Below, piece after piece: positions 25,216 to 43,025 of a stretch of 64,000 nt of DNA. A program made the position numbers and the translations under genes. Each line of letters begins with the position of its first letter. The first letter of the stretch is position 1. Source of the DNA: the human T2T-CHM13v2.0 reference genome, Homo sapiens; the NCBI RefSeq assembly GCF_009914755.1, contig NC_060935.1, one strand, 5' to 3'. The notes beneath the pieces are model-generated. The model was not told the origin of the DNA. It ran no database searches and saw only the letters and a list, made by a program, of their open reading frames with translations.

Positions 25216-28200
25216 CATTAACTAGTATTTTTATCATGTTCTATACCATTTATCTTCTAAACATATTAGAACACTTCACATCAATTATCTGGCCCAGCAT
25301 CAGAACCTTTGTGTATGTGGCAAGAAATTCCCCATTTAATATGTGGAGTAGTTGAATGTTGGAGGTTTGTGACTAGATTATAGATAAACCAGCCTGAGAG
25401 GGGCGCAAAGTGCTGACTATAAGCTAGATCCAAGGTGTGTTTTTTATTATCTTACACTTACTTCACTAATTGTATTAAATAAAAGAGTAAGAAAATTGCA
25501 TTTAATGTGTGATCTGCCTTTTGATCCATATGTTTTCTCAGATTCTGCCTGGCAGTTAATGTACTTGATGAAATCACTGATTAGTACTGTGCTGAATTAT
25601 TTATCTTTTAGTTTTAAAGGTTTAAGGAGAATAAATTGTAGGTAGCAAAAATTGAGATAGGATATTATGGTTTTCTTATTAGGAAAGTCTTCTCATTTCA
25701 GTTCCTTATCTTTGTTTGCTTGTTAAATAAACTTTTATATCAATGTGGCCTGGATCTAAGACTGACTTCTATTACTATTGTCAGATAATTTTCTATGAAT
25801 GTAAATGTGTCTTAACATACAGATAAAATTCCCCATGCTGTATAACTATATATTCAAGTTGTCAATTGTAGGCAATGATTTTATAACTCTACCCTTCCAT
25901 GTTGAATAATAATAAGTAGCGACCATTGAAGGATGGGTAAGGATTCCAACAGTTTGAGCACAGTCTATCACATTTTCTCCAAATGAAATGTTACTTTTTT
26001 GGTCAATCAGGGCACATCTGGCAAAATATTTTTAAGCATGTAAATATCTGTCTCCTCTCATATTAAACTGGCTGATGCTCAACATCTAAAATTGGATATG
26101 TACAAACTAACTTGCCAAGCAAGTAGGGAATTTTTTGGAGGTTTTCAAATTATATTTCAAATTTTAATTTTTCAAATTATATTTGAAAAATAATGTAAAT
26201 TTTAATGGGATTTTTGTTACATAATTAGTTTAAAAATTAAACAGTGTGCAAATATAATTATACCAAATAGAATAGAAAAAGTTGCCTCAAATGTGATTAA
26301 AAATGATCCTGATGTAGTATATAGTTTTTAGAACTTACTGCAGTAAGTCATTTTGTGAGTAATGAGATGGATGGTGTGAGTTTTTCCCCAAGAGCAAGAA
26401 AGAAGAAAAGAGAAGCATGAAACAAGGAAAAAAAAAAAAAGAAAGAATGACTTTCTACGGTGTTCATTACAGCCAAAATTAAGAAAAAATACATAAAAGT
26501 AGGTAAATCTGTAGTATATTTTAGCTTTATGTTATTCAAATAGAAAATATATACTCAACTGGACTATATATATATATATATATGTATATATATTTAACTG
26601 GAGTAATAGATTTTGGTGTTCATATGTAATATATACATTCGTGTCTACATATATTATAGATAATATTAATGCATATAATATGGAATGCACCATTTTATAA
26701 CTATGCCATATATAATATATATAATACCTAATTTCATATTTAGAAATGTGATGTCGGGCAAGTTACTTAGCCTCCCTATGACTTAGTTGCCCCCATCTGG
26801 AAAAGAGAGATGATACCTCATATGTTTGTTATGGGGCTTATGTGATTGAGCATTAAGCATCCCTTATTACAAGGATGTCTAGGAGAAATTTTTGCCTATT
26901 GTTCCAAGAATGATATATATTTTGAATAATTCTATTTTTATATTTATATATGGCATAGTTATAAAATGGTGCATTAAATAAGATTAGCAAACTAATAGTT
27001 ATTGAAACATTAAATGAGATAATGTATGTAAAGTTCTTAGTATAGTGCTGACACTTTGCAAGTATTAAATGCAGGTGTTATTAATGCTCTATTGTTACTA
27101 CTACTGGTAGTACTAGCGGTAGAAGTAGGGTCTTGAAAGCTTTTATAAAAATGTTTGAAACACCAAAGGCATAAGAGTTGGGGGAAGGTTTCCCTAGTGA
27201 TATGCTGGTTTTTGAGGAAATGCATACCTTTCCCTAATCAATCAAAATAACGTTATTAATATTTATCTCTGTAAAGGCTTACAATATATGTTCAAAAACA
27301 GACACAATTATACAGACATGCATAGAAATATTTTAATGAGAAAAAGGTACTGAAAGAATGAAATTCAGAAGACAATAATTGCTACTTCCACTTTTCAGGA
27401 CTTAAGATAGTATATACTAATTACAATTTTTTAAAAAATAGATTAATACACCTGGAAGAAAAAAAGTTGCCAAAGAGATTAGATTTAGGCTGAATTATGA
27501 TGGATGACTGGAGTTGATCCTGAAGAAAGGTCATTGTAAAAGCAGTTACCAAACTCAACTAAAAATGTTACTGGAAATTAAATATATCAAGTAGATGGGC
27601 AGTAGTAGATACTTGTGTAACACCACGGGAGGAGATTAAGGAATAAACAACAAAGGTATGAGTACCAAGTGAAATTAGATGAACAGAAAGCTGGTAATTG
27701 GAATGCAACCCATTGGGCCCCAAAGAGCTACATATTCTAAACTATACTTTGGTGCAATATTATTAGTCTGATATGTGGATCTTTATTTAAATTATCAACT
27801 CTAGGTAACTCATTGCTATTTTTTAAGAATAATGTTCAGGGACATTTTTCTTACCTCATGTGGTATCTTTATTAGAAGGATGTCTAGGATAAATTCTTGT
27901 CTAATTATTGTTCCAAGAATGATTCATATTTTGAATATTTCAAATTTTTTATATTTTTATTTTTGTATAATAAATTGAATAATTAACCATATCCATGTCG
28001 AACATTAGAACTGCATAGCCCAATATAGCTCAGATAAAAATTGCCAGTGTCTAGTGAAACAGAGGCACAGGTAGTGGAGATGGAGACAGAGTATGTTCTT
28101 ACAGTGCCTCTGGAATTTTTCAGCCAATGACACAGCAGTGAGACAGAGAGGCATCTCATTAGAACAGTCTCCCACACAATAATAATGGGAGACTTTAATA

Positions 28201-28854
28201 CCCCACTGTCAACATTAGACAGATCAACGAGACAGAAAGTTAAAATGGATATCCAGGAATTGAACTCAGCTCTGCACCAAGCAGACCTAATAGATATCTA
28301 CAGAACTGTCCACCCCAAATCAACAGAATATACATTCTTCTCAGCACCACATCACACTTATTCCAAAACTGACCACATAGTTGGAAGTGAAGCACTCCTC
28401 AGCAAATGTAAAAGAACAGAAATTATAACAAACTGTCTCTCAGACCACAGTGCAATCAAACTAGAACTCAGGATTAAGAAACTCACTCAAAACTGCTCAA
28501 CTACATGGAAACTGAACAATCTGCTCCTGAATGACTACTGGGTACATAACAAAATGAAGGCAGAAATAAAGATGTTATTTGAAACCAATGAGAACAAAGA
28601 CACAACATATCAGAATCTCTGGGACACATTTAAAGCAGTGTGCAGAGGGAAATTTATAGCATTAAATGCCCACAAGAGTAAGCAGGAAAGATCTAAAGTC
28701 AACACCCTAACATCACAATTAAAAGAACTAGAGAAGCTCTAGATCCCTGAGGAATCGCCACACTGTCTTCCACAATGGTTGTACTAGTTTACAGTCCCAC
28801 CAACAGTGTAAAAGCATTCCTATTTCTCCACATCCTCTCCAGCACGTTTCCTGA

Positions 28855-30222
<1,368 letters not shown>

Positions 30223-30225
30223 TGA

Positions 30226-31179
<954 letters not shown>

Positions 31180-31381
31180 TGGCATCACGCTACCTGACTT
31201 CAAACTATACTACAAGGCTACAGTAACCAAAACATCATGGTACTGGTACCAAAACAGAGATATAGACCAATGGAACAGAACAGAGCCCTCAGAAATAATA
31301 CCACACATCTACAACCATCTGATCTTTGACAAAGCTGACAAAAACAAGAAATGGGGAAAGGATTCCCTATTTAATAAATGA

Positions 31382-31921
<540 letters not shown>

Positions 31922-33399
31922 TAGAATGGCAATCATTAAAAAGTCAGGAAACAACAGGTGCTGGAGCGGATGTGGAAAAATAGGAAAACTTTTACACTGT
32001 TGGTGGCACTGTAAACTAGTTCAACCACTGTGGAAGTCAGTGTGGCGATTCCTCAGGGATCTAGAACTGGAAATGCCATTTGACCCAGCCATCCCATTAC
32101 TGTGTATATACCCAAAGGATTATAAATCATGCTGCTATAAAGACACATGCACACATATGATTATTGTGGCACTATTCACAATAGCAAAGACTTGGAACCA
32201 GCCCAAATGTCCATCAATGATAGACTGGATTAAGAAAATGTGGCACATATACACCATGGAATACTATACAGCCATAAAAAAGGATGAGTTCATGTCCTTT
32301 GTAGGGACATGGATGAAGCTGGAAACCATCATTCTCAGCAAACTGTCGCAAGGACAAAAAACCAAACACTGCATGTTCTCACTCATAGGTGGGAATTGAA
32401 CGATGAGAACACTTGGACAGAGGAAGGGGAACATCACACACCAGGGCCTGTCGTAGGGTGGGGGGAAGGGGGGAGAGATAGCATTAGGAGATATACCTAA
32501 TGTAAATGACAAGTTAATGGGTGCAGCACACCAACATGGCACATATATACATATGTAACAAACCTGCACATTGTGCATATGTACCCTAGAACTTAAAGTA
32601 TAATAATAATAATAATAATAAAGAACAGTCTCAAGAGATCAAGTTGGAATGAGAATAAAGAGAAAGATTATAGCAATGAAATAATATAGGGATTATCAGC
32701 TCCTTCTGCCCACCGCCCAACTCCTTGGAATATACACACACACATGCACTCATACAATAGAGCCACATGAAATAATGTACTGTGTATGTGGCACAAAGTA
32801 AGTATTTTATTAATTCCCTGCTTGACTATTTTTCAAGACTAGTTAGATAATGAATATGAAAATAAAATATAAATATGCACAAAATTGAAGAAAGGGCAAA
32901 GGGCAGGGAACAAGTGGGGAGAGTAAAAGTTTCATTGGTTCAAGTACAAAGTTAATTTAGAGTAGAATTAAACATTGAGACTAGATAGAATGTTTGGTAG
33001 CATATGTAGAAGTTAGGAACAGATGTAAGGCTCTGACTATAACACAGGAGTTTAATTTTATTCTGTAACTTAATAGAAAACTGTTTTAGACATTTGTGTA
33101 GGGTACTAATGTTATAATGCATTATAGGAAGATTAATTTGGTAATGTAACCTCAGTCTAGTCTCACAATTATTTATAAAGTACCTACCATTTTTAAGAAG
33201 ATATGCTAAGTGCTTCCGGTGGTATAATTTGACTTTGTGTTTAAAAGTTTGACCAAGATGGGTTTAATAGTTACTGTGTAACAGGGATAGTGCTAGGTAC
33301 TCAGAGTCAAACAGGTGGGAATGGGAGAATAAGGAAGACAAGAACACAAATAATAATAAAACATGTTTGATTTAGTTAGGTTCATATAAACAGTGTGTA

Positions 33400-36300
33400 A
33401 TCAAATGCTATGGAAATTTAAAAGAGGCAGAAATTGCATTCAATTGGCTATAGAAGACAGCAGCCACTTCATTTTTCAACATAGTTGGTATCAGCACCTT
33501 ATCACTTGGTAAACAAAGAAACCTCCTAGCCCTCCTGAAGAATATTGTCAGCTTCTGATATCTTGGTCTTTCATAATAAATCCATTTTAGCATACCCACT
33601 TCTGTGAGCCTTTATTCTCATCCTTTGTGGTTTACCATGAGAATTTTAGCATCTAATCTAATGAGAGTGCTAGCCATTTTCCAAGCTTCCATCAGTCATC
33701 TGAAAAGAGCGTTACAACTGTCTCCCAGAGCCCTTAAAATGATGTTAAATCTTGTGGCAAGGGAGAGTTCTCCCACACTAAAAAAATCTCCCTTCTGCAG
33801 CACCCTCAGGATCTATCTGTAGGCACACTCCCATTTTTTCCCCAGTAGTTGTTAACCATAACCTGGCGTGACTTGTGGAATATAATTATTCTCCTCCCTT
33901 AGCAACTTTGGTGCTTCCTTCTTGGGACTTGCTTGGATTTGACTCAATTTATTTATTTGGTGGCTAAACGGTTTTCTAGGTGGCTTCATACTTGGACTGA
34001 CACAATTCTCTCCTGTTTCTTGCTTTTAGTTTTCAAGAATAACTAGACTATCCTGGGAATACCACATCCTGAGACTGGGGAGGGACTAGTCAGAAGAGCC
34101 CAGGGCTGTTTTCCACTCTCTTAGAAACAGCATGTCCTTCAATGCATTCACCCAGCATGTCTTGTTTCCCCTGAGGTAAATAACCTGGGTGGGATGCATT
34201 TTGGAATTCCTCAGTAGTGGTGCAAGTAGAGTATACAGAGTAGGGACACCCTGGGCAGTTTACCGGAGCCTGGGGGACCAGCTCACAAGAATCTTATGCT
34301 TCCATTGTTTCTTGTTGCCTGTCTATAAATAATAAATCCAGTTTATATAACTTATTGCATGAATGGATGTTCTGTGTCACTGATATCAGATAAGTTAGTA
34401 ACCAGTGCAGTTAGCCAGCTTGATAGTGGCCAACAGAAGAGAGATATGTCGATTGTAAGGGAGAAAAGCATTGTCTGTAAGGTACCTGTCTAGTCTTCAA
34501 TCAAAACAGGGTCTACTATCATCTAACAAAGAGAGTAGGAAACTTCTGAAAACCCAGGAAATTCAGTGTAATCAGAGCTTTCAGTGTTCTTGAGAGTGCT
34601 CATTTAAATCAATTGTAATATCAGGGCCAACATTGGCTGAAAACCTAGCCTCCTGTTAATTCAGCCATTCTTGCAATTATGCATCCCAAATTCAGCTCAT
34701 CCTGCCATCTGGTTCCAGGAAATAAGAATCTATTCAAATGTTATCAAAGAGTATTATATAGGACAACAGTTCATCTGAGTCAGGTATTTTCTCTATAGAA
34801 AGCACTTATGATGCTCAGCAGTAGGCACAGACTTTAACCTCCTCTACTTCTCAAGTGCCTGAGCTATAGCATCAAACTGTGCATCCCCTTCCAGTTCACT
34901 AAATGTGAACATTTTAGCAATTGTACTTTGTCATGCCAGGGATCATCAAAATTTTACCTTTCACCAGTAATGGGATCCTCAGTTATATGGCCAGAGAGTG
35001 AGTCAACTCTAGGATCCTGTTCTTAGAGTCTGTTTCTTAGGATCCTTTGTGTTATTAACTGTTTTAGTTCAGAGCCCAAATAAGCAGAGCCTGAGATGAG
35101 AATATCATGAGATAGATTTCTGGAATGTTTGCTCTTAATGCAGAATATGTAAAGGAATGAGAGTATCTCAAAGAAAGAAGCTAGGCAAAGAAGTGTGTTT
35201 AGCTTAAGTCTAGCCTTAGCCTGACTCCATAAGGAACTCTATGGTACCACAAAATTGTCTCATTTAGAAGAAATGAGGCTGGACTTCTGAACCCCATTTC
35301 ATTCAGTTATTGGTGAGGGGACAGTCCAAGAACGGAGCATAGCCTTCCAGGCATTTCTGGGCAAAACAACTTTTAACAAGAATGAAACATTAAAAAATGA
35401 ATTGAGTCTCTTCATTACATATACCAACAGCAACTACTAGAGAAGGCCACTGTAACTTTTACCTCTTAATTTAAAAACCTGTGAATCCTGGCTATTGAGA
35501 ACATAGTACCACACATTAGCTGGTATTTCAGCATATTTAACATGCCTTTAAGAATAAAATCCTAACTCTGAAACATTGCTGTCCTCAAGCTGACACCCTA
35601 AATGAACTTTAACAGACCATTGTGGCATATCATTAGTCCTGTTTCTTAAATATAAGGTATACGATCAAGTACTTGGGCCTATTGAAATATTTTCTTTGCT
35701 GTGAAATTGTCCTTTGGGCTGAGGCAACATTGCATGGGATAACATATCAACAGATGAATTATTATAAAAAGCCACATGTTAGTGCTGCTAATGGAAGGAA
35801 AACTCATTTTGCAGTAAGTAGCACTTCTGAGTGAGAGTGAATTGCTCCACCCTCCAGGTTGGAAGGGATCTGATGAGTCACATCTTCAAGTAGATAACAG
35901 GTCTTCTCAAATTGTGCCATGTCTAGGGCTCAATCTTTGTTTCAACTGCGGGCAGCAGCAATAGCTAGATCAGCCTTGATAAGATGGAACTCAGGCTGTT
36001 AAACTAATGTGTAGATTCTCCTCTGCTACAATGACATATATGTTCATTGCCCTATTGAGCCAACACTTGTATGGCCAAGAAGAGAGGCTAACTGGCATCC
36101 ACAGAACCAATGATTCTATCTATCTAGCTTTGGAGAATTCCCTCTGAAGTGGATGCTCTCTGAGGACATTAATGCTAGACAAGACTATTTGTATGATTTC
36201 CGTTCAATTTTATTATTCCAGCCACATAATTCTTACCCACACAACCTTGTCTTTTATCCTCTAAATCAGTTTATGTCTAGCTCCTTACCAACCAGACAAG

Positions 36301-37900
36301 GTGGTTTTCACTGCTCAGAAGTCCATGCACATTTTTACGTGAGATATTTCTCTCCATATATGAATTAAATGGATATATTGCTTCATGCTCTGCTTACCAT
36401 ATTTCTTTACACTAATATCATTTTTGCCCAGGTACTAATACAATGGAATGGTACAGTAATGAATGCAGTCTTCTTATAGATAGCACCATCACATTTGTGG
36501 ACTGAGTTCAAATTGTTTCTTTTTCATTAAGACTGTTGAACAGGTCATTACATGAGACCACGTCTATGAGTTGAGGAAGAGGTTTTGGTGAGACATATAG
36601 GTAACATGGCTATTTGGGTCACCTTTTAATTCATGCCTTTTGAACCTGCTCTGTTGGTAATTTAAATGCACCATTCAAATAAAATGGTTTTAGTTGTGCC
36701 TGATTTCCTGTTTGGGGAGAACTCATTATAGCCACCTCATGATGGGCAGCTTCAGTCACAGCGTAATTTGTTGTCAGAGTTTCAAACATTGAATAGTGTT
36801 CTGTTGCAGAACAGGTGACATTATTCCAGAACCAGGGGGTACTTATACTTGGTCCTTCTTATAATATTTCATCTTGCTTCACAGGTCATGAAACCTAAAT
36901 AAGGATTTTCCAAGTTACCAAGTATATCTTCACATTATACATCTGGAGAGCAGACAACTCACTGCAGGCTGGGTCTATGAATCCACTGGAAACACTGTGT
37001 TATACATTTTGGCCAAAAAAAATCATTTATCATCTGACCTCTATTAGCCCCATTCCAATCAGAAATGATGGAATATTGCATTCCATAGTTTTAATCTTGT
37101 TTCAGACCTTATATGTCCTGTCTTGAAAAGTCAAAATATTTCCCATTCTCTAGGGCATAGGTGCCATTGAAATTGGCTCAGGTCCCTTTGGGGAAAATAG
37201 TAGGCATTTTTTTTAACATGTTACATTAGCAGGACAGTTCCCTTCTCAAGGAATTCTGGGTCAGTGAATAGAGTTAGGTCTTGAAACTCAGTGAAGGAGA
37301 ACAATTTTTATTGTAGCTTTTGATGATAGTTTTCTGCTTCCCGAAAATAGATTTTATTTTGCAAAATGAGCAACATCTTACATGTCTGTCTTCCTGAGGA
37401 ACATTAATAGCTCTTCAACATATGCCTGTGTGTTGAGGCATCTTTATTATCACTCCAAACTTGCTGCCTTTTATGTTGATCACATCTACCCTGCATATAT
37501 GGATTAAGTGTTGACATCTAGCTTCTGGCATTCTGGGATCTCCTCATCTCTGGTTTATATTAAGGAGCCTGGTTCCACAGAAGCATCTCCTACTGTAAAC
37601 CTTGTCCTGCAAAGGATAGCTACCACCAAACTTCTCAAAGATTCTGTTGTCTTCTTCATCAGTTAATTTCTTATTGACCTAGTGAAAGGTCTTGCTGAGC
37701 AACATGTTCAGGTGGTGCATTCTTAGTGCTTACAAAATGAAAATCCATCTTAATAGTCCCACTTTTCTGAGTTTTCTGATCCCTTCTTCAGTACTATATC
37801 AAAAACTTTGCCATTTCTTTTGCTGTAAGTAATTTTTATTTTCAGATTTCCAGTAGTGATCCCAGTTGACTTTTAGGTCTGGCTGCAAGTGTTATTGCAA
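33400..37900 (-). mobile_element. Highly decayed ERVL/MaLR internal and LTR remnants
   Basis: ERVL/MaLR-like phrases such as cagtaatgggatcctcag and aagcagagcctgagatgag; boundaries and families uncertain. Confidence 0.4.
33850..34425 (+). mobile_element. ERVL solo LTR (MER74-like)
   Basis: catcctgagactggggagggact...aataaatcc...gataagttagtaaccagtgcag terminal motifs. Confidence 0.6.
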
Positions 37901-38199
37901 ATATATTTAATCCTCTGTAACACATGAGTGCTCCATATGATTAAAATCTCCCCACACCAGCCCTGTATGTCGCAGCCGTTCCTTCAGCTCAGTCCAGCAC
38001 ATCAACATCCACTTTGGCACATGCTTTCTCATTTCCTGCAAATACATATTAATCAGGTTCTGCATCTTGGGCAAAATATATGGGTGTGTGTGTATATATA
38101 TATATGTTTATATACTTATATATACACAAATATTTAAAATACACATAATTTTTTCTCTGAGAAGTGGCTGATAAAACCTTAATGATTTTGAAACTCAAT

Positions 38200-38950
38200 A
38201 AGCACACTTATGCCTAATACTTTTGGTCTATCCAGAATATCTAAATAATTCTTAAAACTCAAGCATAAGACAAACAGCCAATTAAAAATTGAGCAAAATA
38301 CTTGAGCAGACAGCTAACAAAATAAGATAGACAAATGGCCAGAGAAATATGAAAAGATGTTTAGCATTATTAGACATCAGAGAAATCCAGATTATAAACA
38401 CAATGAGATACCACTACAGAGCCATGAGAATGGCTAGAATTATAGGAATTGTCATACTAAGTGTTGAATGGAATGTGTTTCAAACTTAATCTCTCATGTA
38501 ATTTGTCAGCTTCTTATAAAGACATATCATATATGCCATTTATTTGATGTATTACTTCTCAGCTCTGAATGCACCCTTCAATGTCTGCTCTATGATAAAC
38601 AATTGGATGCTGTTAAACGGTCTTCCTTTAAAGTGTGTACAGTGTCAAGTTTTCTCAGTAGAGAGAGCTGGTAAAACACTGTAAGAACCTAGGTTTCTTG
38701 AAATTTCCCACTTGTACCTGAGTAGAAGGTAAAGGTCTGTCTATAGATCACAGGTTGCTTGGGGGCAAAAATGAGGGTAGAACTGACTGCAAAGTGGTGA
38801 AAGAAACTATGGGGTAATAAAAACATTCTATATATTGAATCAGGGTAATTACCTAGGTGTACAAAATTGTCAAAGCTCATAAAAGTGTTTACCTAAGTTG
38901 TGTGCATTTCATTTTGTGTAAATGATACCTTGAAACAATTTATTTAAAAA
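38200..38950 (+). mobile_element. Old L1M (MC/ME) 3' fragments
   Basis: acaatgagataccactac, ggggtaataaaaacattctatatattg, tgtgcatttcatt...aaatgatacct. Confidence 0.6.
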
Positions 38951-41604
38951 TAAACATAGGACAAATGAATGGAACTTTAGAGTGTGTTTCAGAAGACCTA
39001 GATTTGATTCACAGTTTACTCTCTAACGTTGAAAAAATCATCTGACATAGATACTTTCTGCTTTCCCCCAACACAAGCAAAGCACACTCTATCCAGCTCT
39101 GAGGAAAAGAGATTGTGAAAAAGCTTCCATGATGTTGTGTTTCTAGAAGAAAAAAGAAAGTGCAAGGTTGAGGGGGAAAATGAATTGGTCAGTTGCACTA
39201 GATTTAAACTAAAGTTTGGCTGCAAAACTAAGATTTAATCAAAACACGAAACGAAAGACGGATAAATTTATGAGTTATAAAAAAAGAAACTAGAAGGAAA
39301 CAAGTCATTTGTGCACTAATTCAACAGGCATCTGAGTAGATATCTTGTACCAACACTTGTGCTAACATCAGGAGAAACAAAGTTCTCTTTAGTTAAGAAG
39401 AGTCCAATAGACAGGCAAGTAAAGCCACATATTTATAATTGGACAATATATTTTACTGATGGAGGTAATCCCAGTGTGCTTGCCAATGTGTACCACTGTG
39501 GCAGTAAGACCTGGATACAATAAGGGGTGTACGAGATTGATCAAGTAGAAGAGGTGATAGAGAAAGAGATGCCAAAATTATTTCATAATGTTGAGCAAAA
39601 AAGAAATTGCAAAATTAGTGGAAAATAATGAATTTCGCTTTGCCTAGGTCAAAGGTTGGTGATTATAATGCTGCCCTATAAGATTTGATAGTGTAAGATA
39701 TGGACGTATGTGAAATCTCCAAGAAAAGGATTAGAGAAAGTACAACAGAAATTCAAGTATTAAAAGTCAAAACTAAGGTGTCATTTTTAATGAAGGGTCA
39801 ATATGAGGAAGAAGTAACTGTGGTAACTATTATGCTACCAGCATTTCATTGAGGGTGTTCAGATATGACCCTGAATCAGAGCTATTTGCTAAGTTGGTTT
39901 TCGCAGCAGCCTTTAAGCTACACTGCATTAATATGAAAAGTAATGGCAAGTAATTTAAAGTTTAAAATGATGCAATAAAAGATGCTTCGCATTTCAATAG
40001 TTTTAGGACTGTAAAAACAAATTGTAAATATTCGATTTCATTGAATTTTTGCAATCTTTTAAGGTGGACAGGAAAGATATATTTATTATTTTCTGTTCAA
40101 GGAAATAAAAACTCTATCAAGTTTAATGATTTGCAGGAGATCTTACAACTAGTAAATGACAGAAATGGGACAAACACCTGAGTCATATTCCTAACTCAAT
40201 GCAGCTTCTACTGTATACTGCTTAATAGAAAATAATATTTTCCTACTTTGTACACTTAACTAATGCGAATTATGACAATCACCGCTTTCACTCTACAAGA
40301 TGAAGCACATTAAGAGTGGACTAGGGTAATGGGAGTGAAAATAGGGAAGACTGTGAATTTGAACATATGCAGAGTTTTTTGTTAATATTCCAACATGCCT
40401 CTCTCCTGATGATGAATTTCAGATAATAATGATTATCACTACTGGAATTAATTTTCTGTATGACTGTTTTGTAACCATTTAATCTAACTGATTTGCTTTT
40501 ACTGGCAATTATAGACTCTCACTATTAACTTAATGCATGTTTTTCTATTATCCATATATTTATGTGATATTTAGAAGTTTGGCGCATAAAAACTATAAAA
40601 GAAATCTACATAAACCATGTTAAATTATGCTTCCAGTAATCCTGAGAGCTTCAATAATACTAATGCCAACCTCCATATCTAAACAAAATGCTGCTACTTG
40701 CAGTACTCAGGATATATGCTTCTTTGAGTAAAAGTGATGGATTGGTCCCGGTCCATGTACTTTCTGTCCCTGGATTTAACTTGTGGCATGATGATGAATA
40801 TTTACAAGAGGGATGCCTAAGTAAGCAGTTTTATTTTTGGCCCTGGTGAGTCTAAGATAAATCTATGATGTGAGCAGCCTCTATCTATCTTAGGGGAACA
40901 TCAGAAAATATTATGTGAAAGTGATTTAATCTGTTGGGGAAAAAAAAGTGCTTTTAGACCCACATAACAATATAATGATGTTGTATAGTGTTTGACACAT
41001 CTTGCCTCACTATAGGGAATAAGATTAATCTATATCATGGCTAAATATAAATAAATTGGCATGCCTTGTGTATGTTTAAGGTCATGAGCAATCTAATTTT
41101 CCTGGAGCTAGTAGTAATTAATATATTATCCATGAGACTGTCCTTGGAAAGAAGTAGAGAGTAAACATAACCCTTAATTTAGAGACCGATTCTACAGTAA
41201 CTCAGACTGGAGTTCAATGTTAATTTTTTGAATATTTTTTATGATTAAAGTTTTTTCAATAAATTATTCTCAACCTAAAAAGTTTCCTCACATTTTTGCT
41301 TCTATTATGGTTCTTACCACAGTCTTCCCTGTATTGTCATCATTTTGTCATTTTCTTAACTCTCTACTTGAGAATGATCTTTCAAAATTCAAACTGAGCC
41401 TTATTCTTTGTTGCGTTTCTCATGATACCTGTCAGAGGAACCTGACAACAATGAATATTGAATAAATAAATGCTTTTTGAATGAAAAGTGTATGAAAGAA
41501 CATACATCTATTACTAAAAGATATAGAAACTTGATCTATAAGAGGACATAATGCTTCATCTTATTCTCAGTATATTTGTGCTTGGAAGGCTATACAGAGA
41601 AAAT

Positions 41605-42800
41605 GTATTTATTTAAATATGAGCAATATTACTTATCAAGCCCCTACTGTGTGCCAGACACTGTTCTTGACATTGAATAAGTAGCAGGAAATTAAACAGA
41701 TAAATCTAAAGCCTAATGAAGGTTGCATTCTAGTGGATAGCAGTAGACAAGAAGCAAACACACACATAAACTATAGAAAATGTGAGATGGGGATAACAGC
41801 TATCAAGGAAAATTAAGTAGAAAAAGTAGATAGGAAGTGACAGGTTGAGAACATTATGATTTATACTGTGAAGGTAAGGAAGGGCCTCATTGAAAGAGCA
41901 GGTATTTGGAAAAAGACTTAATGGAGGTCAAGGAGTAAGTCCCATAGATGCTTGACAGAAGGGCAATCTCAGCAGGGTGTTCTTTTCTAGCACCATTCCT
42001 CCAGAAAGCATGGAAAAACAAGAGGGCTCCTTTTCCTGTAATTAATAAAAGCATATATGAAAGTAGAAGAAGATGACATCTGAGAAACAGTGGGGAGATA
42101 GATACATAGATGTGTGTACATCATCATGTCGGTATGGGCCTTTATAGAAAGCAAGAGAAAGCCATTTGGAGGCTCGTTTTAGTAATCACTCTGGCAACAA
42201 TATTGAAATTAAACTACAGATTAAAAAGGGATTGCCATGAAGATCAGTGTAGAAGACTTTTGCAAAAATCCAGTAAATCTGATAATAGGGGAAAAATTGT
42301 TTCAATGTTGGTTAAGAACATTGTGATTTTAGAAATATTTTGAGGGTAGAGCCAACAGGATTTATTGACAGGTTGCATGTGGGATGTGAGAAAAGGAAAA
42401 AGTTCATAGATGACTACAAATTTTTTGGATTGAGGAACTAAAAGAATAAAGATACCATTAATGGACACAGGGAAGACCGTGTATGGGAGGAGGTTAAATA
42501 TTTTAAAAATTGGTGATTTTTATGATGAGTACTACACCCAGTTGGAGATATTAATTTGAAGAGCAGGAGTGGCATTCTGCCAGAAAATAGGGATTTAGAA
42601 GTCATTAACATTTAGATGCTTCCCACAGCCATGCTCCTGAAAGAGATCATCAAGAGAGTGAATGAAAATGAAGGAGAGGAGGGCAGGGAATGGGAGGATA
42701 GAAGAGAGGAGAGAAAAAGGAAGAGAAGGGAAGAAAAATTAAGAATAGATTATTGAAATGTTCCAGTATTAAGAAAAGAGAGACCAGAAAAGGAGGATAT
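41605..42800 (-). mobile_element. L2 fragment (continues after about 56590)
   Basis: cctactgtgtgccagacactgttct, gggtagagccaacaggattt, gatttagaagtcatt. Confidence 0.7.
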
Positions 42801-42802
42801 AT

Positions 42803-43025
42803 CTGTATTATTTTCTATTGTGCTGTAACAAAATACTACAAACTTAGTGGCTTAATATAGCACTGTCTTTCTTAGAATTCTGAAAGCCAGAAATTGAAAA
42901 TGGCCTTCACTGGACCAAAACCAAGAGGATTGCACTTCTGGAGCATCTATATGGAATGTGTTTCCTTGCCTTTTCCAGCTTCTAGAGGCCACCTCCATTT
43001 TTTGGTATGTGGCCCCTTTCTCCTA
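42803..43025 (-). mobile_element. MLT1 LTR, left part (split by the L1)
   Basis: tgtatta...gctgtaacaaaatactacaaacttagtggctta...ttccagcttctagaggcc. Confidence 0.75.
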
